A DNA stretch of 64,000 nt, taken from contig CAYJBH010000013.1 in the NCBI GenBank assembly GCA_964368625.1, positions 5,372-69,371 on the forward strand, given 5' to 3'. Below the pieces are notes generated by a model. It worked only from the letters and a program-made list of their open reading frames with translations. It made no database searches and was not told the DNA's origin. This document shows positions 39,335 to 48,101 of this stretch, piece after piece. The first letter of the stretch is position 1, and every line of letters begins with the position of its first letter. Source of the stretch: an uncultured Oscillospiraceae bacterium. GTDB lineage: Bacteria > Bacillota > Clostridia > Oscillospirales > Ruminococcaceae. The translations under genes and the position numbers were made by a program.

Positions 39335-40435
39335 ATGGCAAGCAAGAAGGAAGCATTGGATACCGCAATTGCTCATATCGAACGACAGTACGGCAAGGGA
39401 GCCGTAATGAAGCTTGGCGACAGCGTCGGAATGCAGGTAGATGCAATCTCTACCGGCTCGTTAGGCCTTGATGCTGCACTCGGAATAGGCGGACTTCCTC
39501 GTGGTAGGGTTGTAGAAATTTATGGCCCTGAGAGTAGCGGTAAAACCACACTTGCACTGCACTGTGTTGCTGAGGCTCAAAAAATAGGCGGTGAAGCAGC
39601 GTTTATCGATGTTGAGCATGCCTTAGACCCGGTTTATGCAAAGGCGCTTGGTGTAGACATAGATTCTCTCCTTGTTGCCCAGCCGGATACCGGTGAACAG
39701 GCACTTGAAATTACCGAGGCACTAGTGCGAAGCGGAGCAATTGATATCATCGTTATTGATAGTGTGGCGGCAATGGTGCCACGAGCCGAGATAGAGGGAG
39801 AGATGGGAGATTCTCACGTAGGCCTTCAAGCTAGGTTGATGAGTCAGGCTCTTAGAAAACTAACCGGAATACTAGGTAAAACAGCTACCATTTGTGTATT
39901 CATTAATCAGCTTCGCGAAAAGGTTGGAGTTGTATATGGAAATCCCGAAGTAACCAGTGGTGGTCGTGCATTGAAATACTATTCCTCGGTTAGAATAGAT
40001 GTAAGAAGGATAGAGGGATTAAAAAACGGAACCGAATTTATCGGTAATAGAACCAGAGCAAAGGTTGTTAAAAACAAGGTGTCTCCGCCATTTAGAGAAG
40101 CAGAGTTTGACATCATGTTTGGTGAAGGCATTTCTAAATATGGTGAGTTATTAGATATGGCTGTTAAGATGAACATCGTTCAAAGGGCCGGGGCTTGGTT
40201 TGCTTATGGTGAAACAAGACTTGGTCAGGGACGAGATAATGCTAAACAGTTTTTTAAAGATAACCCTGAAATATTTTCTGAGGTAGAACAAAAAGTTCGT
40301 GCAGGCATGACAAATTCTATAGAGGCACCACCAAAACGTGCTGATATTGATAAACAGGAACCCACAGTTACAGCCGGTAAGGGAAAATCTACCGGAAAAC
40401 GTCGAGGAGCGTCTATTGATATAGTAGTGGAGTAA
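39335..40435 (+). CDS. recA: recombinase RecA
   Basis: 366 aa with GPESSGKTT Walker [11 protein letters not shown] and IVIDSVAAM. The basic C-terminal tail is atypical; the usual tail is acidic. Confidence 0.97.
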   Translation: MASKKEALDTAIAHIERQYGKGAVMKLGDSVGMQVDAISTGSLGLDAALGIGGLPRGRVVEIYGPESSGKTTLALHCVAEAQKIGGEAAFIDVEHALDPVYAKALGVDIDSLLVAQPDTGEQALEITEALVRSGAIDIIVIDSVAAMVPRAEIEGEMGDSHVGLQARLMSQALRKLTGILGKTATICVFINQLREKVGVVYGNPEVTSGGRALKYYSSVRIDVRRIEGLKNGTEFIGNRTRAKVVKNKVSPPFREAEFDIMFGEGISKYGELLDMAVKMNIVQRAGAWFAYGETRLGQGRDNAKQFFKDNPEIFSEVEQKVRAGMTNSIEAPPKRADIDKQEPTVTAGKGKSTGKRRGASIDIVVE

Positions 40436-40441
40436 GATTTT

Positions 40442-41131
40442 ATGCAGAACAAATCTATTTTGGTTTTAGAGGATGAAAAGGCTTTACGTGAGACACTTTG
40501 CAACCATTTAAACCTACTCGGCTATACAGTTTATCCCGCTGATACCATAAAAATAGCAGAGGTACAATCGGTGAGACATACCCCGGATTTGTATATTTTG
40601 GATGTAATGCTACCCGATGGTACCGGACTTGATTTTTGCCGTAGATTACGTGAATATTCGGCGGCACCGGTTATATTTTTAACCTGTCTTGACGATGCTG
40701 ATGATATTGTAAACGGTATCGAGCAGGGCGGTGATGCATATCTTACAAAACCGGTAGACTATAATGTGTTATCGGCACATATCTTGGCACAACTAAGAAG
40801 GAGCGGTTCAAACTATACCGGCTCGGTTGACCTTTATCCAATGAAGATAGATCTAATGCGTGGCGTGGTTATCATTGATGATTTTGAGATTGCATTGTCG
40901 CAAAAAGAGGCTCAGCTACTTGCATTCCTTGCTACTAATGTTGAACACGCATTTACTCGTGATGAAATTTTTAAAGAAGTTTGGGGTGATGGAGTAGATA
41001 GCGGAATTGTAAGAAAATACATTTCGATTCTTAGAAAAAAACTATCCGAGATAGAGGTGTGCCCCGTAGAGATTATCTCTACACCTCAGGGGAGATATCT
41101 TCTAAGTCGTCGAACAATGTCGGAATGGTAA
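40442..41131 (+). CDS. OmpR-family response regulator
   Basis: 229 aa. REC domain (LVLEDE, ILDVMLPDG, YLTKP) plus a winged-helix output domain. Starts 7 nt after the recA stop. Confidence 0.9.
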   Translation: MQNKSILVLEDEKALRETLCNHLNLLGYTVYPADTIKIAEVQSVRHTPDLYILDVMLPDGTGLDFCRRLREYSAAPVIFLTCLDDADDIVNGIEQGGDAYLTKPVDYNVLSAHILAQLRRSGSNYTGSVDLYPMKIDLMRGVVIIDDFEIALSQKEAQLLAFLATNVEHAFTRDEIFKEVWGDGVDSGIVRKYISILRKKLSEIEVCPVEIISTPQGRYLLSRRTMSEW

Positions 41132-43133
41132 AGTAAATACTTGTGCCGATTCCCTCTTCACTTTCAACAAATATTCTACCACCGTGAGCTTCCACAATAT
41201 GCTTACAAATGTATAATCCTAGTCCGGTTCCGGTATCATTACCAGAGCCGGAATCTTTTTTTGAGTAACGGTCGAACAATATGGGCAAAAGTTTGGCCGA
41301 GATTCCTGGTCCATTGTCTACGATGCCGATCTTAATAAAGTCATCATCTATTCCTATATCTATTCTTATTTCACCATTAATGGTGTGGCGCATGGCATTA
41401 GCAACAAGATTAACAAGAACCTGCCTGATTCGAGTCTCATCAATATTTACATCCGGTAGATCGTACACACGATTATAAATTACTCTATTGTTGTTTTTAT
41501 TTAGGGCAGGGCAGTAGGTATCGAGGGTTGTTTTAATCATGGCATCAAGCTGTGTAGGTGTTCGCTTTAAAACCATACGCTCCTCTTCAATCTTGGCTAA
41601 ATCTAGAAGCTGAGACACCATCAATGCAAGCCTATCCGACTCAGACGAGATAAGTCTGAGTCTTTTGGCATTTTCAGCAATATTCCCTTCCTGCATAAGG
41701 CTTCTAGAGCTGGTTTGCGCATAGCCTGAAATCACAGCGAGAGGGGTTTTAAGCTCATGAGATATGTTTGCAAGAAACTTAGTTTTAAGCAAGTCGAGCT
41801 TACGAAGTGATTCCCTTTCAGCCTTAACAGCCTGGCTATATTGCATCGCCTCTAGGGTGCGCCTTCGGTTCATCATAAACAGGTATATGAGCTGGGTTAC
41901 TATTAGTAATAGCATTGCAATATCGGTAAAGGTATATACCCCGCTAACAACAAGGCTGTCTACAACAATAAAGTCATATACGGTAGCAAGTGCTAACGCA
42001 ACCATGCCAAATAATGAAATTATGTGCTCAGGCCAAAAACTTTTCATTTTCATAAAAAAAGGAATTAGGAAAAGTAGGTAGGCAATAGGGGATAGTACAC
42101 CATAGATACTGATAATAGATGTGAAGAAAATTGGTTCGGTAAGGCTAATTATTGCAATTAAAATTAGTGTTATAGCCCCCATAACCCACAACATTGGGTT
42201 AGGTATAATGTTTGGGAAAACGGTGCTAAAATACATTATGAAGAAGAACATAATTATTGGTTGCCCGAGATAATATGCATAGTAAACGAAATTTTCGGTA
42301 GCAATCGGAATAATTTCCGAAAAAGTACCGCCCTCCATTCCGCTATTAATGGCGGTAAACATGCATACCACGGCAAGCCAAAGGTTTTCTGTCTGGTTGA
42401 TGTGTGTAAAGAAAAGTGCAAGGGTGAGCATACCAAACCCAATATAGATACCTACTAAAACAGCGTCGAAGCTGCGCCCAACCGGGGTAAAAACATAGCC
42501 TGGGTCGGTGTTAACTAAGGAAATATAGGCAACAAGTGGTGTGCCATGTTCGTTGCTGTTCATAAATGAAGCTATCTGTATTATTAGATCGATATAGCCG
42601 TTTTCATCTGGACTAGCATAGATAGTTAAGGGGGTTCTACCTATTTCAACATCATCCACATTGTCGGCAGGCATACCGCTGGTATCAACAATCTGACCGT
42701 TAGCATAGGCAAGTGCAGAATAAAAATCCCCTTCCATAGATATCTTGTAGGCTTGTCCGTTTTGTGGAACTTTAATTTTAAATCGTTGGGTAAGATACTC
42801 TGTTGAGGCATCCGGATTAATAGTAACAGCGTCATAGTTGTCAATATTATCAGGTGTTAATAACATATTTGGATAGTAGTGGGTAGATGTAAGTTGATAA
42901 ACTTTATCTTCAAAGTCGCTTGTAGAAATGTCATAGGTATCTATAGTGTTACTTTGCGCGTTAACTGAATATGTTTTAGTGTTTCCATAATGTTCATCCC
43001 GAGAAAAACCACCAATAACTAACAAGGTTACGAGGGTGATAGAGATTAGTGCCAGTAAAACTTCGCTGTATTCCCTTATAAAATTCTTAGTACGCATTAA
43101 AAGTTCCTTTCGGCGATCTCCTACTAACCTCAT
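41079..43133 (-). CDS. sensor histidine kinase with 7TMR-DISM-like architecture
   Basis: 684 aa. Signal-anchor, an ectodomain of about 190 aa, about 7 TM helices, HisKA (FLANISHELKTPL) and HATPase_c (DNGPGI, GTGLGL). Confidence 0.85.
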   Translation of the reverse strand: MRLVGDRRKELLMRTKNFIREYSEVLLALISITLVTLLVIGGFSRDEHYGNTKTYSVNAQSNTIDTYDISTSDFEDKVYQLTSTHYYPNMLLTPDNIDNYDAVTINPDASTEYLTQRFKIKVPQNGQAYKISMEGDFYSALAYANGQIVDTSGMPADNVDDVEIGRTPLTIYASPDENGYIDLIIQIASFMNSNEHGTPLVAYISLVNTDPGYVFTPVGRSFDAVLVGIYIGFGMLTLALFFTHINQTENLWLAVVCMFTAINSGMEGGTFSEIIPIATENFVYYAYYLGQPIIMFFFIMYFSTVFPNIIPNPMLWVMGAITLILIAIISLTEPIFFTSIISIYGVLSPIAYLLFLIPFFMKMKSFWPEHIISLFGMVALALATVYDFIVVDSLVVSGVYTFTDIAMLLLIVTQLIYLFMMNRRRTLEAMQYSQAVKAERESLRKLDLLKTKFLANISHELKTPLAVISGYAQTSSRSLMQEGNIAENAKRLRLISSESDRLALMVSQLLDLAKIEEERMVLKRTPTQLDAMIKTTLDTYCPALNKNNNRVIYNRVYDLPDVNIDETRIRQVLVNLVANAMRHTINGEIRIDIGIDDDFIKIGIVDNGPGISAKLLPILFDRYSKKDSGSGNDTGTGLGLYICKHIVEAHGGRIFVESEEGIGTSIYFTIPTLFDDLEDISPEV

Positions 43134-43572
43134 ATTATCATAAATACAACCTTATTTCAACCAATATGTTAAATAAACAGATTGCTTTTGCATTGCCCTA
43201 TCAGACAACTTGCGAGCGCAGTTAGATAGCTGTAAAAATAGTAAGGTTAATACACAAGATATAGTTTGTAAACAGATAGCACCATTAATGTATCGTATTA
43301 CTTGTCAAGCTCAGCATTTCTAAATTATAAAATAATGCTATAAGAGCACTAATGCTTATCCGGCTATGGATAGGTTAGCTTTTTTATGAAGTAGGAAAAA
43401 AACAAAATGTGAGGTGGGAAAAAACAATTAGGCAAAAGCGGAACGGCAATTGCACATCCCTAACTATGAGAAGAACTCACATTGCTTGCTGCCCCCCATG
43501 CAATTGCCAATCATAGGTGCAACTATCTCGCTTCACTCGCTTTATCGTGGGGGGAGGTGGATCGTTCTGCTC

Positions 43573-43604
43573 AACTCTTTGTTCACTGCAGTGAACAAAG
43601 AGTT
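43573..43604. repeat. perfect 32-nt palindrome in the HK/sipL divergent intergenic region
   Basis: AACTCTTTGTTCACTG|CAGTGAACAAAGAGTT. It is extendable by GGTGGA/TCCACC across an 11-nt bulge, and no T-run follows on either strand. Confidence 0.85.
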
Positions 43605-43707
43605 CCACCCACTGCTGTGGTCTGGGGAACGGAAAAAAACAACTAATATGAATAATATCAGGTCTTAAATAATATATATTTTATGAAACAATAAGGGGGA
43701 ACTAATT

Positions 43708-45204
43708 ATGGATGCTATAATTCAAAGCAAAAACATTCCGGTTTATCGAGGATTAACCGACAGCTATTTTGAGCTGCCGATTGAAACCGAAATACTGGTT
43801 CCGGACTATGTTGCCGAAGTGTTCAGAATAATAAAGTGCACGGTAGGCCATACGGTATTTCAAAAAAGCATGATATCGGGAAAAATATTGATTGAAGGTT
43901 ATCATAAAGTTTCGGTCTTTTATCAGGCTGAAAACAGCAGCGCTATCTGCCAGATAGAACAAAAACTTCCATTTTCAAAAAGTCTTGATTATAGAGGCGA
44001 GTGTATCGGAGAACATCGCATAACGGTTAATGGTCAATGCGAGTATCTTAACTGTAGGGCCATTAACCAAAGAAGGATTGACGTTAGAGGATCATACGGT
44101 ATGACAGCTTCGTTGCGATCCTTTGATGAGATGCCGGCGGTTGGCGCTATCGACTCCGAAACTATTTATCAAAAGTTTAATGAACTTAGCTATATCAGTT
44201 ATAATTCAACTGTTGAAAAACAGTTTACATTAGAACACGATGTTGAGTTTTATGAGGCACCCCGAAGTGTTCTTTATAACTATAGCGGGGCAAGTGTTAG
44301 TTCGGTAGAACAGGTAGGCGACCGAATTATAGTAAAAGGCGAGGTTAAAACCTCGATTAGCTATATTTCTAACCAAGAAACCTTTATAAAGGAGGTTAAA
44401 ACAATACCGGTAAATCAGGTTTTAGAGGTGGATGTTGAGGAAGGAGAGCTAATAATTTGCCCAACCATAACCATAAATAGTTGCAGTGTGATGGAGTCGG
44501 AAAATGAGGGTTATGTAGTTTCTTTAAACTGCGTTATATCAGCGGCCATCTACCTTGAGCAGAATCAAACGGTGGTAAAAGATGCCTTTTCAGCTGAATC
44601 AAATTACTGTACCACATATAGTAATGTCGAGCTACTTAGTGATAGGGAGAGGGTGGCTACAGATATGACTCTTAGCATACCAGTGCCTATCATAGAGGAT
44701 ATTGTGTCGGTAGTTGATAGCTTTACAACTATCGGAGCAATAAAGGTGCAGCACTCTGAAATTGGCTCACAACTAATGGGAGAGCTAACGGTACATTTAA
44801 TATGTGAAAATGAGCTGGGAGAGCTATGCTGTCTCGACAATGCAGGAGAATATAAAATTTCTACTACAGGTAGCATTAATGAATCAAGCTTTATAGATCT
44901 GGCTGCATCGGTAACAAATACAGTATGCAATCTTTCAGGGAAAGAGGTTTCGGTAGAGGTATCTGTATCTGTTTATGGCATTATCTGTAGGAAAAGCAGC
45001 TTTAGTATTTTACAGAGTATCGAGCTAACCGATACAGTATCGGAGGAGGCGAATGCAGCGCTTTGTATCTACTTTGCAGATGCGGGAGAGGCAGTTTTTG
45101 ATATTGCCAAAAGATACGGAGCATCACCCGAAGGAATAATGTCTCACAATAGCTTAACAGAAGAGATATTGAAATCAAAACAGCGACTTATAGTGCCGGT
45201 TTAA
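43708..45204 (+). CDS. SipL-like sporulation protein (DUF3794 repeats plus C-terminal LysM)
   Basis: 498 aa with the DUF3794-like N-terminus ETEILVPDYVAEVFRIIKC... and a C-terminal LysM (LCIYFADAGEAVFDIAKRYGASPEGIMSHNSL...LIVPV). AAGGGGGA RBS. Confidence 0.7.
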   Translation: MDAIIQSKNIPVYRGLTDSYFELPIETEILVPDYVAEVFRIIKCTVGHTVFQKSMISGKILIEGYHKVSVFYQAENSSAICQIEQKLPFSKSLDYRGECIGEHRITVNGQCEYLNCRAINQRRIDVRGSYGMTASLRSFDEMPAVGAIDSETIYQKFNELSYISYNSTVEKQFTLEHDVEFYEAPRSVLYNYSGASVSSVEQVGDRIIVKGEVKTSISYISNQETFIKEVKTIPVNQVLEVDVEEGELIICPTITINSCSVMESENEGYVVSLNCVISAAIYLEQNQTVVKDAFSAESNYCTTYSNVELLSDRERVATDMTLSIPVPIIEDIVSVVDSFTTIGAIKVQHSEIGSQLMGELTVHLICENELGELCCLDNAGEYKISTTGSINESSFIDLAASVTNTVCNLSGKEVSVEVSVSVYGIICRKSSFSILQSIELTDTVSEEANAALCIYFADAGEAVFDIAKRYGASPEGIMSHNSLTEEILKSKQRLIVPV

Positions 45205-45271
45205 CCAAGTTAAAAACCACAATCAACAATATAGAATAGCATGAAATGTGCGGAAAGGAATAGGCTCATAG

Positions 45272-46531
45272 ATGGAAAATTTTGATATATACAGCGATAT
45301 TGCACAGCGAACCGGCGGGGATATCTATATAGGTGTTGTTGGTCCGGTGAGAACAGGAAAAAGTACATTTATAAAACGTTTTATGGAGGAAATGATTTTA
45401 CCTGAGATAGACAGTGTTCCGTTAAGAAATCGAACCGTAGATGAACTTCCACAGTCAGCAACCGGCAAAACAATTATGACAACCGAACCCAAGTTTATAC
45501 CTGAGCAGTCAATAGCAATACAGCTAGAAAACGGAACACATTTTAACTCGAGATTAATAGATTGTGTTGGCTATGTTGTGGAAGGTGCAATGGGTCATGA
45601 AGAAAATGGTGAACCAAGAATGGTGAAATCGCCATGGTTTGAAAAAGATATACCATTTGACACCGCTGCTGAAATTGGCACAAAAAAGGTGATTAGAGAT
45701 CATTCAACCATAGGACTTGTTATAACAACAGATGGTACTATAGGGGATATACCTCGTGTTGCATACCAGGAAGCTGAGCAGAGGGTTATCGAAGAACTGC
45801 TGGAGATTAAAAAGCCTTTTGTAGTTTTGCTCAACACCATCGATCCATACAGTGAACAGGCAATTGCATTGGCACAAGGGCTTTCACAAAGATACGGGGT
45901 TACGGTAAAACCTGTTAACTGTCTCGACCTAGGAGAATCAGAATTTGCCGATATACTTCGCTCAGTGTTATATGAATTTCCGGTAAAAGAAATTCGGGTT
46001 GACATGCCTCGCTGGATTAACCTACTAGAAAAAGGACATTGGCTTCAACAGTCGGTATATCAGGATGTTCTTGTTTTTGCAGATAAGGTAGAGCACATTA
46101 AAGAACTTTGTGATGTTGCCACTATTATGGAAAATCCTAATGTAAACGATTGCTGTTTAGAGGATGTGAATCTTGGCACCGGAAGCGTAACCATTGCATT
46201 AACTCTAAACGATGATATTTTTTATAAAATTCTTGGTGAAACCACAGGTCTTAATATTGTGGATGAAGCAAGTCTGATGCCCTGTATAATTAAGCTTGCA
46301 AGGGACAAGAGGGAGTATGAAAAGATAAAACATGCCCTCGACGAAGTAGAGGCAACCGGCTATGGAATAGTTATGCCAACACGAGAGGAGCTTGTTCTTG
46401 AAGAACCGGAAATTATTAAACAGTCAGGAAGATTTGGTGTTAAAATTCGTGCAGGGGCACCTTCAATACATATTGAATGTATCAAACAGAAGTTATGTTT
46501 TTGGGGGATGTGCGGGGAAAGGTCGGCGTGA
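45272..46531 (+). CDS. spoIVA: stage IV sporulation protein A, 3'-truncated (homology ends near 46474)
   Basis: 419 aa. Walker A GVVGPVRTGKSTFIK, QSATGKTIMTTEPKF and HSTIGLVITTDGTI match through RFGVKIRAGAPSIHI. An unrelated 18-aa tail (ECIKQKLCFWGMCGERSA) then follows, and about 75 C-terminal residues of canonical SpoIVA are missing. Confidence 0.85.
   Translation: MENFDIYSDIAQRTGGDIYIGVVGPVRTGKSTFIKRFMEEMILPEIDSVPLRNRTVDELPQSATGKTIMTTEPKFIPEQSIAIQLENGTHFNSRLIDCVGYVVEGAMGHEENGEPRMVKSPWFEKDIPFDTAAEIGTKKVIRDHSTIGLVITTDGTIGDIPRVAYQEAEQRVIEELLEIKKPFVVLLNTIDPYSEQAIALAQGLSQRYGVTVKPVNCLDLGESEFADILRSVLYEFPVKEIRVDMPRWINLLEKGHWLQQSVYQDVLVFADKVEHIKELCDVATIMENPNVNDCCLEDVNLGTGSVTIALTLNDDIFYKILGETTGLNIVDEASLMPCIIKLARDKREYEKIKHALDEVEATGYGIVMPTREELVLEEPEIIKQSGRFGVKIRAGAPSIHIECIKQKLCFWGMCGERSA
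46466..46482. repeat. 6-5-6 inverted repeat at the spoIVA homology breakpoint (candidate recombination half-sites)
   Basis: ATACAT-ATTGA-ATGTAT is centred on the codon where SpoIVA similarity stops. Confidence 0.4.
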
Positions 46532-46600
46532 GAGGAGGTTTGAGGTGGGGGTTCATATAATAATCTAATAATGCATGATAAATAAAATGAATAGTTTATG

Positions 46601-46637
46601 AAAGCGCTTCATGTGATGATGAAGAGCTTTTTTGTTT
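46601..46637 (+). terminator. rho-independent terminator
   Basis: 12-bp stem AAAGCGCTTCAT / ATGAAGAGCTTT (one mismatch), 6-nt loop, then a TTTTTTG T-tract. Confidence 0.6.
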
Positions 46638-46687
46638 ATTGTATTATAAAACAACATCTGAATTATAGACACTATCAATAAAAAGTG

Positions 46688-46715
46688 TTGAAATACTGTA
46701 TTTTTATGGTATAAT
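46688..46715 (+). promoter_or_regulatory. sigmaA promoter (extended -10) of the glycopolymer cluster
   Basis: TTGAAA, 16-nt spacer, TGgTATAAT, 41 nt upstream of the ATG at 46757. Confidence 0.6.
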
Positions 46716-46756
46716 ATAAAAGTTAGTATATTAATAATAATAGAGTGTAAGCTAAT

Positions 46757-48091
46757 ATGAAAAAGATTATAACCTACGGTTCATTCGACCTTTTTCACGA
46801 GGGGCATCGGCGTCTACTAGAACGTGCAAAAGCTCTTGGCGATTATCTCATAGTTGGCGTTACAACAGAATATTACGACGAAAGCAGAGGGAAACTAAAT
46901 ATAGTAGACCCCCTGCTTAAGCGCATAGAAAATGTCAAGTCATGCGGCTTTGTAGACGAGGTTATTATCGAAGACCACGAGGGACAAAAGCTTGAAGACA
47001 TTTTAAAGTATGATATTGACACATTCACGCTCGGAAGCGATTGGGTTGGGCGGTTTGACTTTCTAAAAGATTACTGCAAGGTTGTGTATCTGGAGAGAAC
47101 GAAAAATGTATCCAGCACGCATTTGCGCGGTGAAAGGTATAAAATAATAAGACTCGGAATAATAGGCACCGGCAGAATTGCCACGAGAATAGTCCCCGAG
47201 AGCAAATTTGTAAGCGGAATAAACGCTGAATACGTGTTCAACCCGAATTCAAACAGTGCAAAAAAGTTTGCCGAAAAATACTCTCTTGAGCACTGTGAAT
47301 CGTTAGAAAATCTATATAAAAAAACAGATGCAGTGTATATAGCCAGCCCACACGACAGCCATTATTATTACATAAAATCTGCCCTAAACAGTGGCAAGCA
47401 TGTTATATGCGAAAAGCCAATGGTTTTGAATGCCGATGAGGCAAAAGAGTTATATTCGCTTGCAAAACAAAAGAAGTTGATTTTGCTGGAGGGCGTTAAA
47501 ACGGTATATGCACCGGGTTTTCAACAGCTGCTTGGCATGGTTAGAAGCGGAACTATCGGTAGCGTGCGAGATGTTGAGGCTTGCTTCACAAAACTGGTAG
47601 ATGAGAATTTGCGTGAGATGACAGACACAAAACATGGCGGAAGTTTCACAGAGCTCGGCAGCTATGTTTTACTGCCGATATTCAAGATATTCGGATGTAA
47701 TTATGAAAACGTAAGATTTGAGTTTTTTAGCGCAGAAAACGGAGTAGATGTTTATACAAAAGCCTTTTTTAAATTCAAAAACGGCCTCGCGACCGCCAAA
47801 ACCGGTCTTGGTGTAAAATCTGACGGACAACTTTTAATATCCGGCACAAAGGGGTATATTCTAGCAAAATCGCCATGGTGGCTTATGCAGGAGTTTGAGG
47901 TCTGTTTTGAAGACGCAACGCAAAACCAAAAATACAACACAAAATTCATGGGCAGTGGTTTGCGATATGAAATAAGCGAGTTTGTTAGCAGGATAAACGG
48001 CTACGAGCACAAGATAAACCGCCTGACTGAGGGGGAATCAATAGCCATGGCTGGGGTGCTTGAGGATTTTTTGAAGCTTAGAAATACTTAA
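46757..48091 (+). CDS. fusion protein: TagD-like cytidylyltransferase plus Gfo/Idh/MocA-family oxidoreductase
   Basis: 444 aa. Residues 1-130 (YGSFDLFHEGHRRLLERAKALGDYLIVGVTTE) resemble glycerol-3-phosphate cytidylyltransferase. From about residue 130 there is a Rossmann fold (RLGIIGTGRIA) and EKP motif (ICEKPM) of Gfo/Idh/MocA. Confidence 0.75.
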   Translation: MKKIITYGSFDLFHEGHRRLLERAKALGDYLIVGVTTEYYDESRGKLNIVDPLLKRIENVKSCGFVDEVIIEDHEGQKLEDILKYDIDTFTLGSDWVGRFDFLKDYCKVVYLERTKNVSSTHLRGERYKIIRLGIIGTGRIATRIVPESKFVSGINAEYVFNPNSNSAKKFAEKYSLEHCESLENLYKKTDAVYIASPHDSHYYYIKSALNSGKHVICEKPMVLNADEAKELYSLAKQKKLILLEGVKTVYAPGFQQLLGMVRSGTIGSVRDVEACFTKLVDENLREMTDTKHGGSFTELGSYVLLPIFKIFGCNYENVRFEFFSAENGVDVYTKAFFKFKNGLATAKTGLGVKSDGQLLISGTKGYILAKSPWWLMQEFEVCFEDATQNQKYNTKFMGSGLRYEISEFVSRINGYEHKINRLTEGESIAMAGVLEDFLKLRNT

Positions 48092-48101
48092 AGTTGGTTA
48101 T

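Noticed and set aside
43450-43668. 72-aa ORF in the kinase/sipL intergenic region.
   Set aside because: It has a TTG start and no RBS. It is translated across the inverted repeats and the 32-nt palindrome, so the region is better explained as structured non-coding DNA.
46532-46560. GAGGAGG / GAGGTGGGGG Shine-Dalgarno-like strings right after the truncated spoIVA stop, as the start of a hidden ORF.
   Set aside because: No start codon followed by an open frame of meaningful length occurs before the terminator at 46601.
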